Shown here piece by piece: positions 1-12,517 of a DNA stretch of 37,102 nucleotides. Location: positions 1 to 37,102 of the forward strand of contig JAUCBJ010002113.1 in the NCBI GenBank assembly GCA_032718475.1, written 5' to 3'. This DNA is from Nemertoderma westbladi (taxonomy: Eukaryota; Animalia; Xenacoelomorpha). The first letter of the stretch is position 1. The number at the start of each line of letters is the position of its first letter. The position numbers were made by a program, and so were the translations under genes. The notes under the pieces were generated by a model. It saw only the letters and a list, made by a program, of their open reading frames with translations. It did no database searches and was not told where the DNA came from.

Positions 1-414
1 AAATGTTATTTAGCGATTATTTAGTAGATTAGTGCAATATATTAGTGTTTATTACTTAATTACTTATATATTATATTTAGTGCGGCGGCGAGAAATAATT
101 ATTTTTCTCTTTCCTTACTGTCCGTATCATATTATAAATACGTGACTACAGTAAGATGAAATATCCGTACTTATTAAAGTACAATAAAGCTCCTACTATA
201 TTTAAGTATTATTGGTAAGCAGAGTATTAGGAATGCAAAATTCAGATCCTCGTGTCTCGGCTAAACCAAGCTCTGGGTAGACCTTGGAAACGACTTGCCT
301 CTTCACACTGACATTGCTTCGTGCGATATTGCTCTCATACCGTATATTAAATAATACATATAGTAGCGTGATGTCCCTTTAACAGTAGCGTAAAACGCAA
401 AATAAATCTGTTAA

Positions 415-2124
415 CCCTTTCCGGCCTGAATTAATTTAATTTAGGAAAAAAAATTGGTTGGTCTTGTTAATGGGTTAATTATACACCAAATAATAATTTT
501 CGATGAAAAAATTTTCAAAAAATTATTTCCAATGTTGTTTTTATTATTGTATACAAAAGTATACGTTAGGTATATGAAACATGTTCCCAATGTATACTTT
601 TGTATACGAACTCTAGATTGTACGTACTTACTTACATACATACATCGTATAGTAAGTATATTCTATATATATAATATAGAGAATAAACAAAACATGCAAC
701 GAGCAGGCAATTTTAATGAAAAAAATGTAAATTATGTTTTTTCTGAATGAAAAGCTGTCAATACTTTGAAATTTGCCAAAATGCCAAAATTTTATAATTT
801 TGTGTGTTTTCACAACACACGTTGTTTAAAAGCAACACAGTGAGACAAAAAAACTTAAAATGAAGAATTATACAGTGAATGTTTTTTTTCTGTCAGTTTT
901 GTTCAAGTATGAAAAAAACAGTTTCGACTAAGTTTTTTCAACTGTTTGTATGTCTATCTGCCCTGCCTGTTTACTGTGGGTGTACAACATCTACTCCCCA
1001 ACGGTGGCTGCACCACATCTAATCCCCAATGGTGGCTGAATCATATCTACTCCCATGACCCAATGGTTAACATCTACTCCATATGGTGGCTACACCACAT
1101 CTACTCCCCAATGGTCAGCATCTACTCCCTAATGGTGGCTGCACCACATCTACTCATCAATGGTGGCTGCACCACATCTACTCCCCAATGGTGGCTGCAC
1201 CACATCTACTCATCAATGGTGGCTGCACCACATCTACTCCCAAATGATGGGTGCGCCAGATTTACTCCCCAATAATGGTGGATGCACCACATCTACTCCC
1301 CAATGGTGGGTGCGCCAGATTTACTCTCCAATGGTGGCTGCACCATATCTACACCCCTACGGAGGTGGATGTACCACATCTACTCCCCAATAGTGGCTGC
1401 ATCACATCTACTCCCAAGGCCCAATGGTCAACATCTACACCCCTATGGTGGCTGCGCCACATCTACTCCCCCATGGAGGCTGTTCCACATCTACTCTCCA
1501 AATGCGACTGCACCACATCTATCCACAATGGTGGCTGCATCACCTCTACTATCCTATGGTCAACATCTACTCCCCATGGAGGCTGCACCACATCTAGGCC
1601 TACACACACCCACCCCAATGGTGGAAGCACCACATCACACAAACGGTGGCTGAATCACATCTACTCCCCAACGGTGTTGCACCACATCTACTCCACAACT
1701 GTGGCTGCACCACTTCTACTCCCCAACTTTATAAACCTAACGTAGACAAATGTATACAGTGGTTTATCAATAACACTACCAGCCTACCTGTACTGTAAAG
1801 TTTATCCTGGAAGTATTATTATCTCATTGGACAATCCATCTTTGGAATACCCAATCAAAATTCTCAATATCGCTTTGCCAAAGCATTTAAATAACCATCT
1901 TTCCTATGCCAGGTAGTCATCATGTCAATACCTGAAAACACGGCATCTAAAATCGTTCATTGAAGCCTTCTACTACAGTTATCCAATCAGAATCGGTAAT
2001 TTATAAGTAAAGGAAGTGTGATAGTGCCACAATTGGATGAAACCAACTATAATTAGTTAAAATTATGCAATTCGTAGTGAAATAAATTCAGTGTATACAA
2101 AAATATACAGTCGGCCGGAAAGGG
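415..2124. mobile_element. Non-autonomous piggyBac-type DNA transposon (1710 bp)
   Basis: TTAA at 411-414 and 2125-2128 flank perfect 12-bp TIRs CCCTTTCCGGCC (415-426) / GGCCGGAAAGGG (2113-2124). Subterminal GTATACAAAA(G/A)TATAC-type motifs occur at about 549-564, 592-607 (inverted) and 2093-2108. No transposase ORF. A TTAA TSD with CCC termini is the established piggyBac signature. Confidence 0.9.
985..1727. repeat. Degenerate 28-bp minisatellite (ATGGTGGCTGCACCACATCTACTCCCCA) inside the piggyBac element
   Basis: The unit is read repeatedly. It explains the overlapping repetitive ORFs at 946-1745 (MVAAPHLLPNGGCTTSTPQWWLHHIYSP = 3 units). Confidence 0.9.
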
Positions 2125-2145
2125 TTAAACCCTTTGACCATTTGC

Positions 2146-2415
2146 AATTCTAGTCGATTAAGATATCGCGGCACCCACCGATATACTTGAAAGACAAAAT
2201 TCTAGAATCAGTGGTTAATGTCCCCAGACTTGTTCTGGAATAAACTGGTGCCCATCCTAAATATTAATTATTAATATTTATAAAATCTGTCAAATTTTAG
2301 ATCCTTTAAAATTCTAGTCTATTAAGATATCGTAGCACTTACCGATATTCTTAAAAAGATCAATTCCTAGAATCAAGGATCCCAGTCCACAGACTTGTTC
2401 TGGAATAAAATTGTG
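2146..2415. repeat. Diverged direct duplication of about 105 bp (period about 164 bp)
   Basis: AATTCTAGTC(G/T)ATTAAGATATCG...CCGATAT...CTAGAATCA...CAGACTTGTTCTGGAATAAA occurs at about 2146-2250 and 2310-2415. Confidence 0.8.
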
Positions 2416-3238
2416 TCTATTTAATATTAAATAATAAAATTACGGGAATAAATTTAAATTCATCTTTTAATGAATTTGATAAATTGTTATTTTATACAAT
2501 TTATAATATTCCCAAAATTCCATTAATTAATAGATCATGGGAGCGGAGATTCACCTCTTTAAGTGTATTAGTGTGCGAGAATCTCCAATATAGAGTCAAT
2601 AGCCGATAAAATTCATAAAATCATATATAAAGATGATATTGACCATTAAAGACTTACTATTAAATAGCATCCCAGATCTGTATGCATGAGAATTACCCTA
2701 ATTCTACCGCTAGCTTTCCATAATGTCACCATAGCAACAACCACGCTAGAATTAGAAGCGAGTTAACAGAACAATAAAAAGCTTGCTCATTGAATAGCAT
2801 ACGGAATAAATAGCACACCGCTAGTATCCAAGGATACATAATAACAACGTGACATTCTGGAAGGCACTTGACTAACGGACAAATGACCCGAATGTGTGAT
2901 AGAATGTGTACCATTTGTGACAGTTACGTGGAATTTGTGCGTTTGTAGGTGAATGTTACTACTAAGGTGTGTTTACAGTAGCGAGTCGCAATTGTGAAAG
3001 TAGCCCTAACTCTCCAGTAAGAACCTGAAGTATATCTAAGCCTTTGGGACGGACGGTGGAGTGACTTGTGCTGGTTGTTGTAGTCGTTGTGCAGCTACGA
3101 CGTTGGCGATAGGCACATCGACGAAAGTACACCAGCGCTGAGGATCTCGCACTGTCCGGGGGCAGAGAGGGGTAGGCAGCGACGCCCGCTCGCCTAAATA
3201 TAAACTCATTATAATATGGATAAACTTATATAGCAGAT

Positions 3239-4759
3239 ATGATTGAGTTGATAGAAGATGATCTTGGTATCAGGGAGCGATATACTCTACCTTTACAAGC
3301 GTTTGTTGATAGCTTGATACGCGGCGACGCTGGTCCAACTACTACGGAGGACGATGGTCGTTATATCTAACCGCCAATGTCCCGGAAGCAACTTGAGCGT
3401 GGGTTGGACTGTAGAAAATTCACCGCTCGCTATACGCATCGTAATGGTACGTATATGGACTTCTTAACTACTGGTCATCCTATCGACCTACACGATACGA
3501 ACGATATAGACCCCAAAAGGGAAATGGTTTTATTTAAATATCATACCCAGCGGAAGCGGAACGATAAACTGAGACTCGAACACGAAAATTCTATTCGAAA
3601 CCGACTCGAAAGTGCAGATGTTGAAGAGCCGGATAAACGCAGCGACTTCACCAAATACCTGGAATTCTTGAGAGAAACCTATCTCGATATTACCAGTCAA
3701 CAGAATCTAGAAACTCGATATCCTCAAGGTATACATCATGACCGCATGGTAGAACTCAAACGGCTCTATTCCACTATGATGTATCTTACCGCTGATCGAC
3801 CGCTGCCTGTTGCACCGGATAGCTTCGAACGGATGGAGGAGTATTGTGAACTGGAGAAAGATCACTCGAGTTTCCCCTACAAGACGTGCGTCTTTGGTGT
3901 TGTTGCGATGGATGCCCTAGACCCAACCAACAAACGGAAAGACCTAAACATCCGTGGAGACGTTGTATTAAACACGGTTTTACTCGCTATACTTACGGGA
4001 GTTTCGAGCGAAATTTGTTTGACGTATCACCTACGCTCGTTCGACTCAGACGATCCTTAAATAAACCAATGATCAGAGTTCCGGAATACTCGATCAGACC
4101 TCCTCATTCCCTAGTGAGACCTCAGACTCTTGATCCTATTAGTATGACGGATCCTCCCGAGCTGTACTCACTGTTCAAAGATCTAGTGTTACCTGAACAA
4201 TTAGTCGGTGGCACCCCGGTTGTGGGCTTCCTAGATATTAGCCCATCTTACTTAGCCGTATTGGGACGCGGACACCTAATATCGCCATTCAACCGTATAG
4301 TCGTCCCAGTTTAACGCGATACAACCCTTCATCAAGGTGGAGGAGAGCGTTGTACGAAACGAGTTAAACGCTATTCTACAAAGATCAGAAAGGAAACCTG
4401 CGTTTGTTCAGATAAACGTAAGTTGTAACAGCAAGTCCAAGCGATAAACGAATTGGCTTTATCTCAGTTCGATTGGGAAATCCAGAATCTCTAAGAAGAT
4501 ATCGAACTTAGACAACCCTATTCTCTGCGAGAGTTTTGGACGAACGTATCCAACGACAAGCGGAGGAAAATCAGCTCGAGGAGAAGCATATCGAAATGGA
4601 CGAGACACCGACCGTAACCTTAAACCTTCTGATGCAATTGTATTGCACCCTTCACCCAGGAGTTATAGCCCTCCTAGTAAAGTGGCTCGCCCCAAAGAGA
4701 AAAGGACTCTTGCTAGCCTCAAGAAACTGCGTAAACGCCGTCCGCGCAAGAAAGACTAA
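3239..4759 (+). pseudogene. Decayed intronless ORF of about 506 codons, unknown family, basic C-terminus
   Basis: ATG 3239 is in frame with ORF 3377-4060 across one TAA (3368-3370). A frameshift near 4058 leads into the frame of ORF 3886-4314, and a second near 4312 leads into a frame open to TAA 4757-4759 apart from one TAA (4445-4447). It ends KKLRKRRPRKKD. TATAAA at 3199-3204. The region is richer in GC and CpG than its flanks. Confidence 0.65.
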
Positions 4760-4929
4760 CTGTTTAGAGTATTTTTATATTTTAGAAACTGTGATTTTTT
4801 ATATTTTATATAATTAAATCCCATTTTCTGGGAGCGGTGTAAAAGCTTTTGGGGATATAACTGGCCTTTTCCATTTGTAATCCAGTTTTCCCCCATTCGC
4901 TCAAATCCTCTAAACTGTTGCTTCTAGTG

Positions 4930-5025
4930 GCACAATCCGCCCGCTGGTTGGCTGATTTGCTGTACGCATGGCCTCTTTGTTCTGTTCGATTAACCAATCA
5001 GAACAATGATCGACCAATCAGAGCG
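4930..5025. promoter_or_regulatory. CCAAT-box/GC-box cluster (putative promoter or TE-derived promoter)
   Basis: CCAATCAG at 4994-5001 and 5014-5021, GC box CCGCCC at 4937-4942, and related CTGGTTGG/CTGATTTG motifs at about 4944-4959. Confidence 0.35.
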
Positions 5026-5834
5026 ATTTAGCCTTGTGTTGGCTATGGGCTGCAAAGGCTAGGGAGGTTTGGCATTTAGACATTCATGGAACTTATAGAA
5101 ACTGGAACTCTGCCAATGAGAGCTTTTCCTCTTTGTGTTGAAAGCTACCTGCAACAGCTCACAGGGTTCAGTGTGTTGGTTTTCCTGATGCCATGAACAT
5201 CGGCTATGGAATTATTCTGAATTATTCCAACATTAGAACGGCTTTAATTATAAGAACACATAACTGTTACCCCGGCACGGTACAGCGGTACGAGACACTA
5301 AGAACACATAACGGTACGGTACGTATTGCACATTATTTACTGCTATTTGCTGTTTGTTATTAAATGTATCATTCGTTTACATATTGTTATTTGGAGAATA
5401 ACGATAAACGATCAGAAACCCCGATCTTCTTGATACACTAAGGTTAGAGAGACCGGCTACATATAGCAATTGCGACTTATATTATCGTGGTTTGTAGTGA
5501 ATTGAATGCTATTTTATAGGCCCTACAAATGTCGGTTGCTAGAGCGCCACGTCCTAAAGGAACTGCTAATATTTCCCGAAAGTGAATAATATTTGTCAGA
5601 GATTATATATTAACGATCAATCGAATAGTACGGTAGGCCTGCACCGCAATCAAATTAAAGCATCCGAATCCAGTCTCCCGGGTATATCCAGCGGGTGAAT
5701 GGTCGCGCATAGACTGGCTTCGGCTAATGTTGGATTTATTTGTCTCAAATACTTGTCATAGGCTAAAGTCAATTTATAACCTAGAAGACATATAGATTTG
5801 GCGGGTTAAACTGCCAAAGGTCTTAAAAGCGCGA

Positions 5835-6318
5835 ACAAGTGTGCTAACAAACAGTCACTCATAAAGTACTAGTGTGCTAACAAACAGTCACTCATAAAGT
5901 GCTAAGAGCACAAATTGCTACTTACTTTCTCTAATTAAACCGTGAACGATGAACTGGAGCTCTGATAATTCGCCTCCCAGCGGAAGACAGAGGAACTTTA
6001 AAAGTCTGTCCGTGTGTAGAATTTATAATTAAGCAATGCTCGTAGGTTACTACAGTACTACCAAATTTCAGACGAATCTGATAGTTGGTTCTATAATTTC
6101 CGCTACTTTTACGTTTCTTTCAATTCGCCCCTTAGCGGGAGACAGAGGAACTATAGAAGTCTGATGTGTGTAGAATTTCTAAACTTTTGCTAGACTACAT
6201 GTGTACCAAGTTTGGTTCCATTTCATCCATGATTGACCGACGTATTAGCCTGCCAGCCAGCCAGCCACAAACAAACTAATAATAGCTGCAGGAACTCGAG
6301 CAGAGCGCCAGTGATAAA
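5835..6318 (-). mobile_element. Helentron/HINE-like non-autonomous element (boundaries approximate)
   Basis: Begins AACAAG with a 33-bp tandem duplication (5838-5900). Has two internal repeats of about 155-bp period (ATTCGCC..AGCGG.AGACAGAGGAACT at 5968 and 6123) with ACCAA(A/G)TTT motifs, and a short (GCCA)n tract near 6253. Shares motifs with 30550-30600 and, inverted, with 35180-35275. Confidence 0.45.
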
Positions 6319-6338
6319 GTTTTAATACAAGTTGATTA

Positions 6339-7600
6339 CCGTATTTACTCGAATAAGAGCCTGGGCGTTTGTTTAAGTTTATAAATTGCCAATTGGGGAG
6401 GCGTTTATTCGAGGGGGTGCGTTTATTCGAGGGAGGCGTTTATTCAGGGAAGGCGTTTAAGTTCCAAATTGTGTGGTTCGAGTGGGACGTTTATGTTTAT
6501 TTTCTAGATTTTCAGCATTTTGAATCTAAATACCCTAATAAAGAATATTGTTAAATTCAAGAAACCAAGTTAAACAAATGAAATAATTCAAATAAAACCA
6601 GGTTTATCTTTATTACAATGCAGCCTATTACAGCGGTACAACAACCTACTACAGTTTACCTTCAGTCTTAACAATCAGTTAACTCTCAACAATGTTAACG
6701 CCCACATTGTAATATTATTAAACGCCGGGGCGTTTATTCGGGAAAGGCGTTTAAGTTGCTAATTTGATGGAAAGGGGGGCGTTAATTAGAGGGGGCGTTT
6801 ATTCGAGGGTGGGGGAGGGGGGCTCTTATTCCAGGGTTGGGGAGGGGGGCTCTTATTCGAGGGTTGGGGGGCTCTTATTCGAGGGTTGGAGAGGGGGGCT
6901 CTTATTTGAGGGTGGGGGGGGGGGGTCTTATTCGAGGGTTGGGGAGGGGGGCTCTTATTCGAGGGTTGGGGAGGGGGGCTCTTATTTGAGGGTGGGGGAG
7001 GGGGCTCTTATTCGAGGGAGGGGGGCTCTTATTTAAGGGTGGGGGGGGGATCTTATACGAGGGTGGGGGAGGGGGGCTCTTATTCGAGGGTTGGGGAGGG
7101 GGGCTCTTATTCGAGGGTTGGGGAGGGGGGCTCTTATTCGAGGGTTGGGGGGGGGGGCTCTTATTCGAGGGTTAGGGAGGGGGGATCTTATTCGAGGGTT
7201 GGGGAGGGGGGCTCTTATTCGAGGGTTGGGGAGGGGGGCTCTTATTTGAGGGTGGGGGAGGGGGCTCTTATTCGAGGGTGGGGGAGGGGGGCTCTTATTT
7301 GAGGGTGGGGGGGGGGATCTTATTCGAGGGTGGGGGAGGGGGGCTCTTATTCGAGGGTTGGGGAGGGGGGCTCTTATTCGAGGGTTGGGGAGGGGGGCTC
7401 TTATTCGAGGGTTGGGGAGGGGGGCTCTTATTTGAGGGTGGGGGAGGGGGCTCTTATTCGAGGGTTGGGAAGGGGGGCTCTTATTTGAGGGTGGGGGAGG
7501 GGGGCTCTTATTCGAGGGAGGGGGGCTCTTATTCGAGGATGGGGGAGGGGGGCTCTTATTCGAGGGTGGGGGAGGGGGGCACTTTTTCGAGTAAATACGG
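6339..7600. mobile_element. TA-flanked non-autonomous Tc1/mariner-superfamily (pogo/Tigger-like) element
   Basis: TA at 6337-6338 and 7601-7602. 23-bp TIRs CCGTATTTACTCGAA(T/A)AAG(A/T)GCC with 2 mismatches. No transposase. Confidence 0.88.
6790..7580 (+). repeat. G-rich tandem array of about 27 bp (GGGGGGCTCTTATTCGAGGGTTGGGGA)
   Basis: Read directly. The core GCTCTTATTCGAG is the reverse complement of the left TIR segment CTCGAATAAGAGC. It generates the spurious RVGEGGSYS ORFs. Confidence 0.92.
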
Positions 7601-10600
7601 TATATAGAGGAGTCAATCTAGCCTAAGAAGAGGCCATAACAAATTCGCAATTCATCCAAACGAATTTTTTGTTTTCTATATTACCTTGTTCAAAAAGTCT
7701 ATAAAAATATTTTATGCTGATCACTTTCAATTTCCTGTTTCTTTCCTTAACAACATGGATTTAACATAGCAAAAAGGCATCTATTCGCGGGGTTTTCTCC
7801 AAACTTGGCCAAGACAAACTTTCATCCAATGACTATCGATTAACTTAACCATCGCACTACTACAGTTACCAAGTTAGTTTCCGGAGTAACGGAATTTTCA
7901 CTCAATTTTTATATAATAACTTCATCATTTTTTATACCATTTTGGCTGGTAAATAATGGGAAGATTATTAAAAATTCATACTTCTCTACAAAACGGAGAA
8001 CCGACCCCGCCCCAGATTTGTCGACCCCAAAAACCCTTATTCCCAAAAAAAAATAGTGGTTTTTAAACTAAAACAAATTAATTAATTACACCAAAACTCA
8101 ATACCACAATCCTAATTGTATTTAAGTCCCTGGAGGGCGCTGGGCTTTGGGGATGGTGCGGGTCTGCGGGGGAATGACCTCGCAGACCATTATTAATTCA
8201 CGGTGCACCATTTTTAATTGTATGTTAAATTTTATTGTCTTAATTGTTTTGTTCTGATTGGTGGTGGGATGCTGGTGCAGTTTTATATTTAATTTTGGTT
8301 TTATGGATTTGGATATTATTATTTAACGAGCAATTTCTTGAAAAAAAAAAATTTAAGTAAACCCCCCCCTGCTTATGGCAACAATAAAAATATAAATTTT
8401 GTTTCATTTGATGAGTGAGGCGTTACGCATTATATTATCTGAGTAGACACATACGGAAAGGTCAATAAATATTATTAAAAATAATGGCCACCGTATTGTA
8501 AATAAAATCTATCAAACTAAATGCACCAATCACAACAATATTATTACTTTGGGTTCACGGTGAAATATTTACCACAAAAATATACCAATAAAACGGGAAA
8601 ATGTACATATTATCACCAGAGTATATATAACTCAATCATATAGTTAACTACTGTATGTGCCACCAGGAAATACGGAAAAAATACATTATTTCCAATACGT
8701 AAAACCAGTAACAAGTTCACAACCAAAACAACAATCTTACTTCAATATTATTGCAAAATATAATAAACTTGGACCCATAACAAGGTATAAAATGTGTATA
8801 ATTGGAACTGGAGGTATACCTGGACCTACAACTATTTATGTTAGAGTAGAACTGGGGCTGGAGGTATACCTGGACCTACAACTATTTATGTTAGAGTAGA
8901 ACTGGGGCTGGTGGTATACCTGGACCTACAACTATTTATGTTAGAGTAGAACTGGGGCTGGAGGTATACCTGGACCTACAACTATTTATGTTAGAGTAGA
9001 ACTGGGGCTGGAGGTATACCTGGACCTACAGCTATTTATGTTGAGTAGAACTGGGGCTGGTGGTATACCTGGACCTACAACTATTTATGTTGAGTAGAAC
9101 TGGGGCTGGAGGTATACCTGGACCTACAACTATTTATGTTAGAGTAGAACTGGGGCTGGTGGTATACCTGGACCTACAACTATTTATGTTAGAGTAGAAC
9201 TGGGGCTGGAGGTATATACCTGGACCTACAACTATTTATGTTAGAGTAGAACTGGGGCTGGAGGTATACCTGGACCTACAGCTATTTATGTTAGAGTAGA
9301 ACTGGGGCTGGAGGTATACCTGGACCTACAACTATTTATGTTAGAGTAGAACTGGGGCTGGAGGTATACCTGGACCTACAACTATTTATGTTGAGTAGAA
9401 CTGGGGCTGGTGGTATACCTGGACCTACAACTATTTATGTTAGAGTAGAACTGGGGCTGGAGGTATACCTGGACCTACAACTATTTATGTTAGAGTAGAA
9501 CTGGGGCTGGAGGTATACCTGGACCTACAACTATTTATGTTGAGTAGAACTGGGGCTGGTGGTATACCTGGACCTACAGCTATTTATGTTAGAGTAGAAC
9601 TGGGGCTGGAGGTATACCTGGACCTACAACTATTTATGTTAGAGTAGAACTGGGGCTGGAGGTATACCTGGACCTACAGCTATTTATGTTGAGTAGAACT
9701 GGGGCTGGAGGTATACCTGGACCTACAACTATTTATGTTAGAGTAGAACTGGGGCTGGAGGTATACCTGGACCTACAACTATTTATGTTAGAGTAGAACT
9801 GGGGCTGGTGGTATACCTGGACCTACAACTATTTATGTTGAGTAGAACTGGGGCTGGAGGTATACCTGGACCTACAACTATTTATGTTGAGTAGAACTGG
9901 GGCTGGTGGTATACCTGGACCTACAACTATTTATGTTAGAGTAGAACTGGGGCTGGAGGTATACCTGGACCTACAACTATTTATGTTAGAGTAGAACTGG
10001 GGCTGGAGGTATACCTGGACCTACAACTATTTATGTTAGAGTAGAACTGGGGCTGGAGGTATACCTGGACCTACAACTATTTATGTTAGAGTAGAACTGG
10101 GGCTGGAGGTATACCTGGACCTACAACTATTTATGTTAGAGTAGAACTGGGGCTGGAGGTATACCTGGACCTACAACTATTTATGTTAGAGTAGAACTGG
10201 GGCTGGAGGTATACCTGGACCTACAACTATTTATGTTAGAGTAGAACTGGGGCTGGAGGTATACCTGGACCTACAATTATTTATGTTGAGTAGAACTGGG
10301 GCTGGTGGTATACCTGGACCTACAACTATTTATGTTAGAGTAGAACTGGGGCTGGAGGTATACCTGGACCTACAACTATTTATGTTAGAGTAGAACTGGG
10401 GCTGGAGGTATACCTGGACCTACAGCTATTTATGTTGAGTAGAACTGGGGCTGGTGGTATACCTGGACCTACAACTATTTATGTTAGAGTAGAACTGGGG
10501 CTGGAGGTATACCTGGACCTACAGCTATTTATGTTAGAGTAGAACTGGGGCTGGAGGTATACCTGGACCTACAACTATTTATGTTAGAGTAGAACTGGGG

Positions 10601-12517
10601 CTGGAGGTATACCTGGACCTACAACTATTTATGTTAGAGTAGAACTGGGGCTGGAGGTATACCTGGACCTACAACTATTTATGTTAGAGTAGAACTGGGG
10701 CTGGAGGTATACCTGGACCTACAACTATTTATGTTAGAGTAGAACTGGGGCTGGAGGTATACCTGGACCTACAACTATTTATGTTAGAGTAGAACTGGGG
10801 CTGAGGTATACCTGGACCTACAACTATTTATGTTAGAGTAGAACTGGGGCTGGAGGTATACCTGGACCTACAACTATTTATGTTAGAGTAGAACTGGGGC
10901 TGGAGGTATACCTGGACCTACAGCTATTTATGTTGAGTAGAACTGGGGCTGGTGGTATACCTGGACCTACAACTATTTATGTTAGAGTAGAACTGGGGCT
11001 GAAGGTATAGCTGGACCTACAACTATTTATGTTAGAGTAGAACTGGGGCTGCAGGTATATATATACCTGGACCTACAGCTATTTATGTTGAGTAGAACTG
11101 GGGCTGGAGGTATACCTGGACCTACAACTATTTATGTTGAGTAGAACTATTTATGTTAGAGTAGAACTGGGGCTGCAGGTATACCTGGACCTACAACTAT
11201 TTATGTTAGAGTAGAACTGGGGCTGCAGGTATATATACCTGGACCTACAGCTATTTATGTTGAGTAGAACTGGGGCTGGAGGTATACCTGGACCTACAAC
11301 TATTTATGTTGAGTAGAACTGGGGCTGGTGGTATACCTGGACCTACAACTATTTATGTTAGAGTAGAACTGGGGCTGGAGGTATACCTGGACCTACAACT
11401 ATTTATGTTAGAGTAGAACTGGGGCTGGAGGTATACCTGGACCTACAACTATTTATGTTAGAGTAGAACTGGGGCTGGAGGTATACCTGGACCTACAGCT
11501 ATTTATGTTAGAGTAGAACTGGGGCTGGTGGTATACCTGGACCTACAACTATTTATGTTAGAGTAGAACTGGGGCTGGAGGTATACCTGGACCTACAGCT
11601 ATTTATGTTAGAGTAGAACTGGGGCTGGAGGTATACCTGGACCTACAACTATTTATGTTAGAGTAGAACTGGGGCTGGTGGTATACCTGGACCTACAACT
11701 ATTTATGTTAGAGTAGAACTGGGGCTGGTGGTATACCTGGACCTACAACTATTTATGTTGAGTAGAACTGGGGCTGGTGGTATACCTGGACCTACAACTA
11801 TTTATGTTAGAGTAGAACTGGGGCTGGAGGTATACCTGGACCTACAACTATTTATGTTAGAGTAGAACTGGGGCTGGAGGTATACCTGGACCTACAACTA
11901 TTTATGTTAGAGTAGAACTGGGGCTGGTGGTATACCTGGACCTACAACTATTTATGTTAGAGTAGAACTGGGGCTGAAGGTATACCTGGACCTACAACTA
12001 TTTATGTTAGAGTAGAACTGGGGCTGAAGGTATAGCTGGACCTACAACTATTTATGTTAGAGTAGAACTGGGGCTGGAGGTATACCTGGACCTACAACTA
12101 TTTATGTTAGAGTAGAACTGGGGCTGGAGGTATACCTGGACCTACAGCTATTTATGTTGAGTAGAACTGGGGCTGGTGGTATACCTGGACCTACAACTAT
12201 TTATGTTAGAGTAGAACTGGGGCTGAAGGTATAGCTGGACCTACAACTATTTATGTTAGAGTAGAACTGGGGCTGGAGGTATACCTGGACCTACAATTAT
12301 TTATGTTGAGTAGAACTGGGGCTGGTGGTATACCTGGACCTACAACTATTTATGTTAGAGTAGAACTGGGGCTGAAGGTATAGCTGGACCTACAACTATT
12401 TATGTTAGAGTAGAACTGGGGCTGGAGGTATACCTGGACCTACAATTATTTATGTTGAGTAGAACTATTTATGTTAGAGTAGAACTGGGGCTGGTGGTAT
12501 ACCTTGACCTACAACTA

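Noticed and set aside
946-1745. Repetitive His/Trp-rich ORFs
   Set aside because: Products of the 28-bp minisatellite in several frames.
2725-2738. RFX X-box-like GTCACCATAGCAAC
   Set aside because: Single short motif about 26 kb from the golgin start; cannot be linked to any promoter.
4536-4817. 93-aa ORF as the pseudogene's C-terminus
   Set aside because: Starts at TTG and runs into an AT tract. The alternative frame 4313-4759 is longer and ends where the GC-rich region ends.
5048-5360. Long plus-strand frame with a single TGA (possible selenoprotein or exon)
   Set aside because: No recognisable homology, no clear splice sites and no SECIS-like structure seen.
6764-7616. Gly-rich RVGEGGSYS ORFs
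   Set aside because: Translation of the G-rich array inside a MITE.
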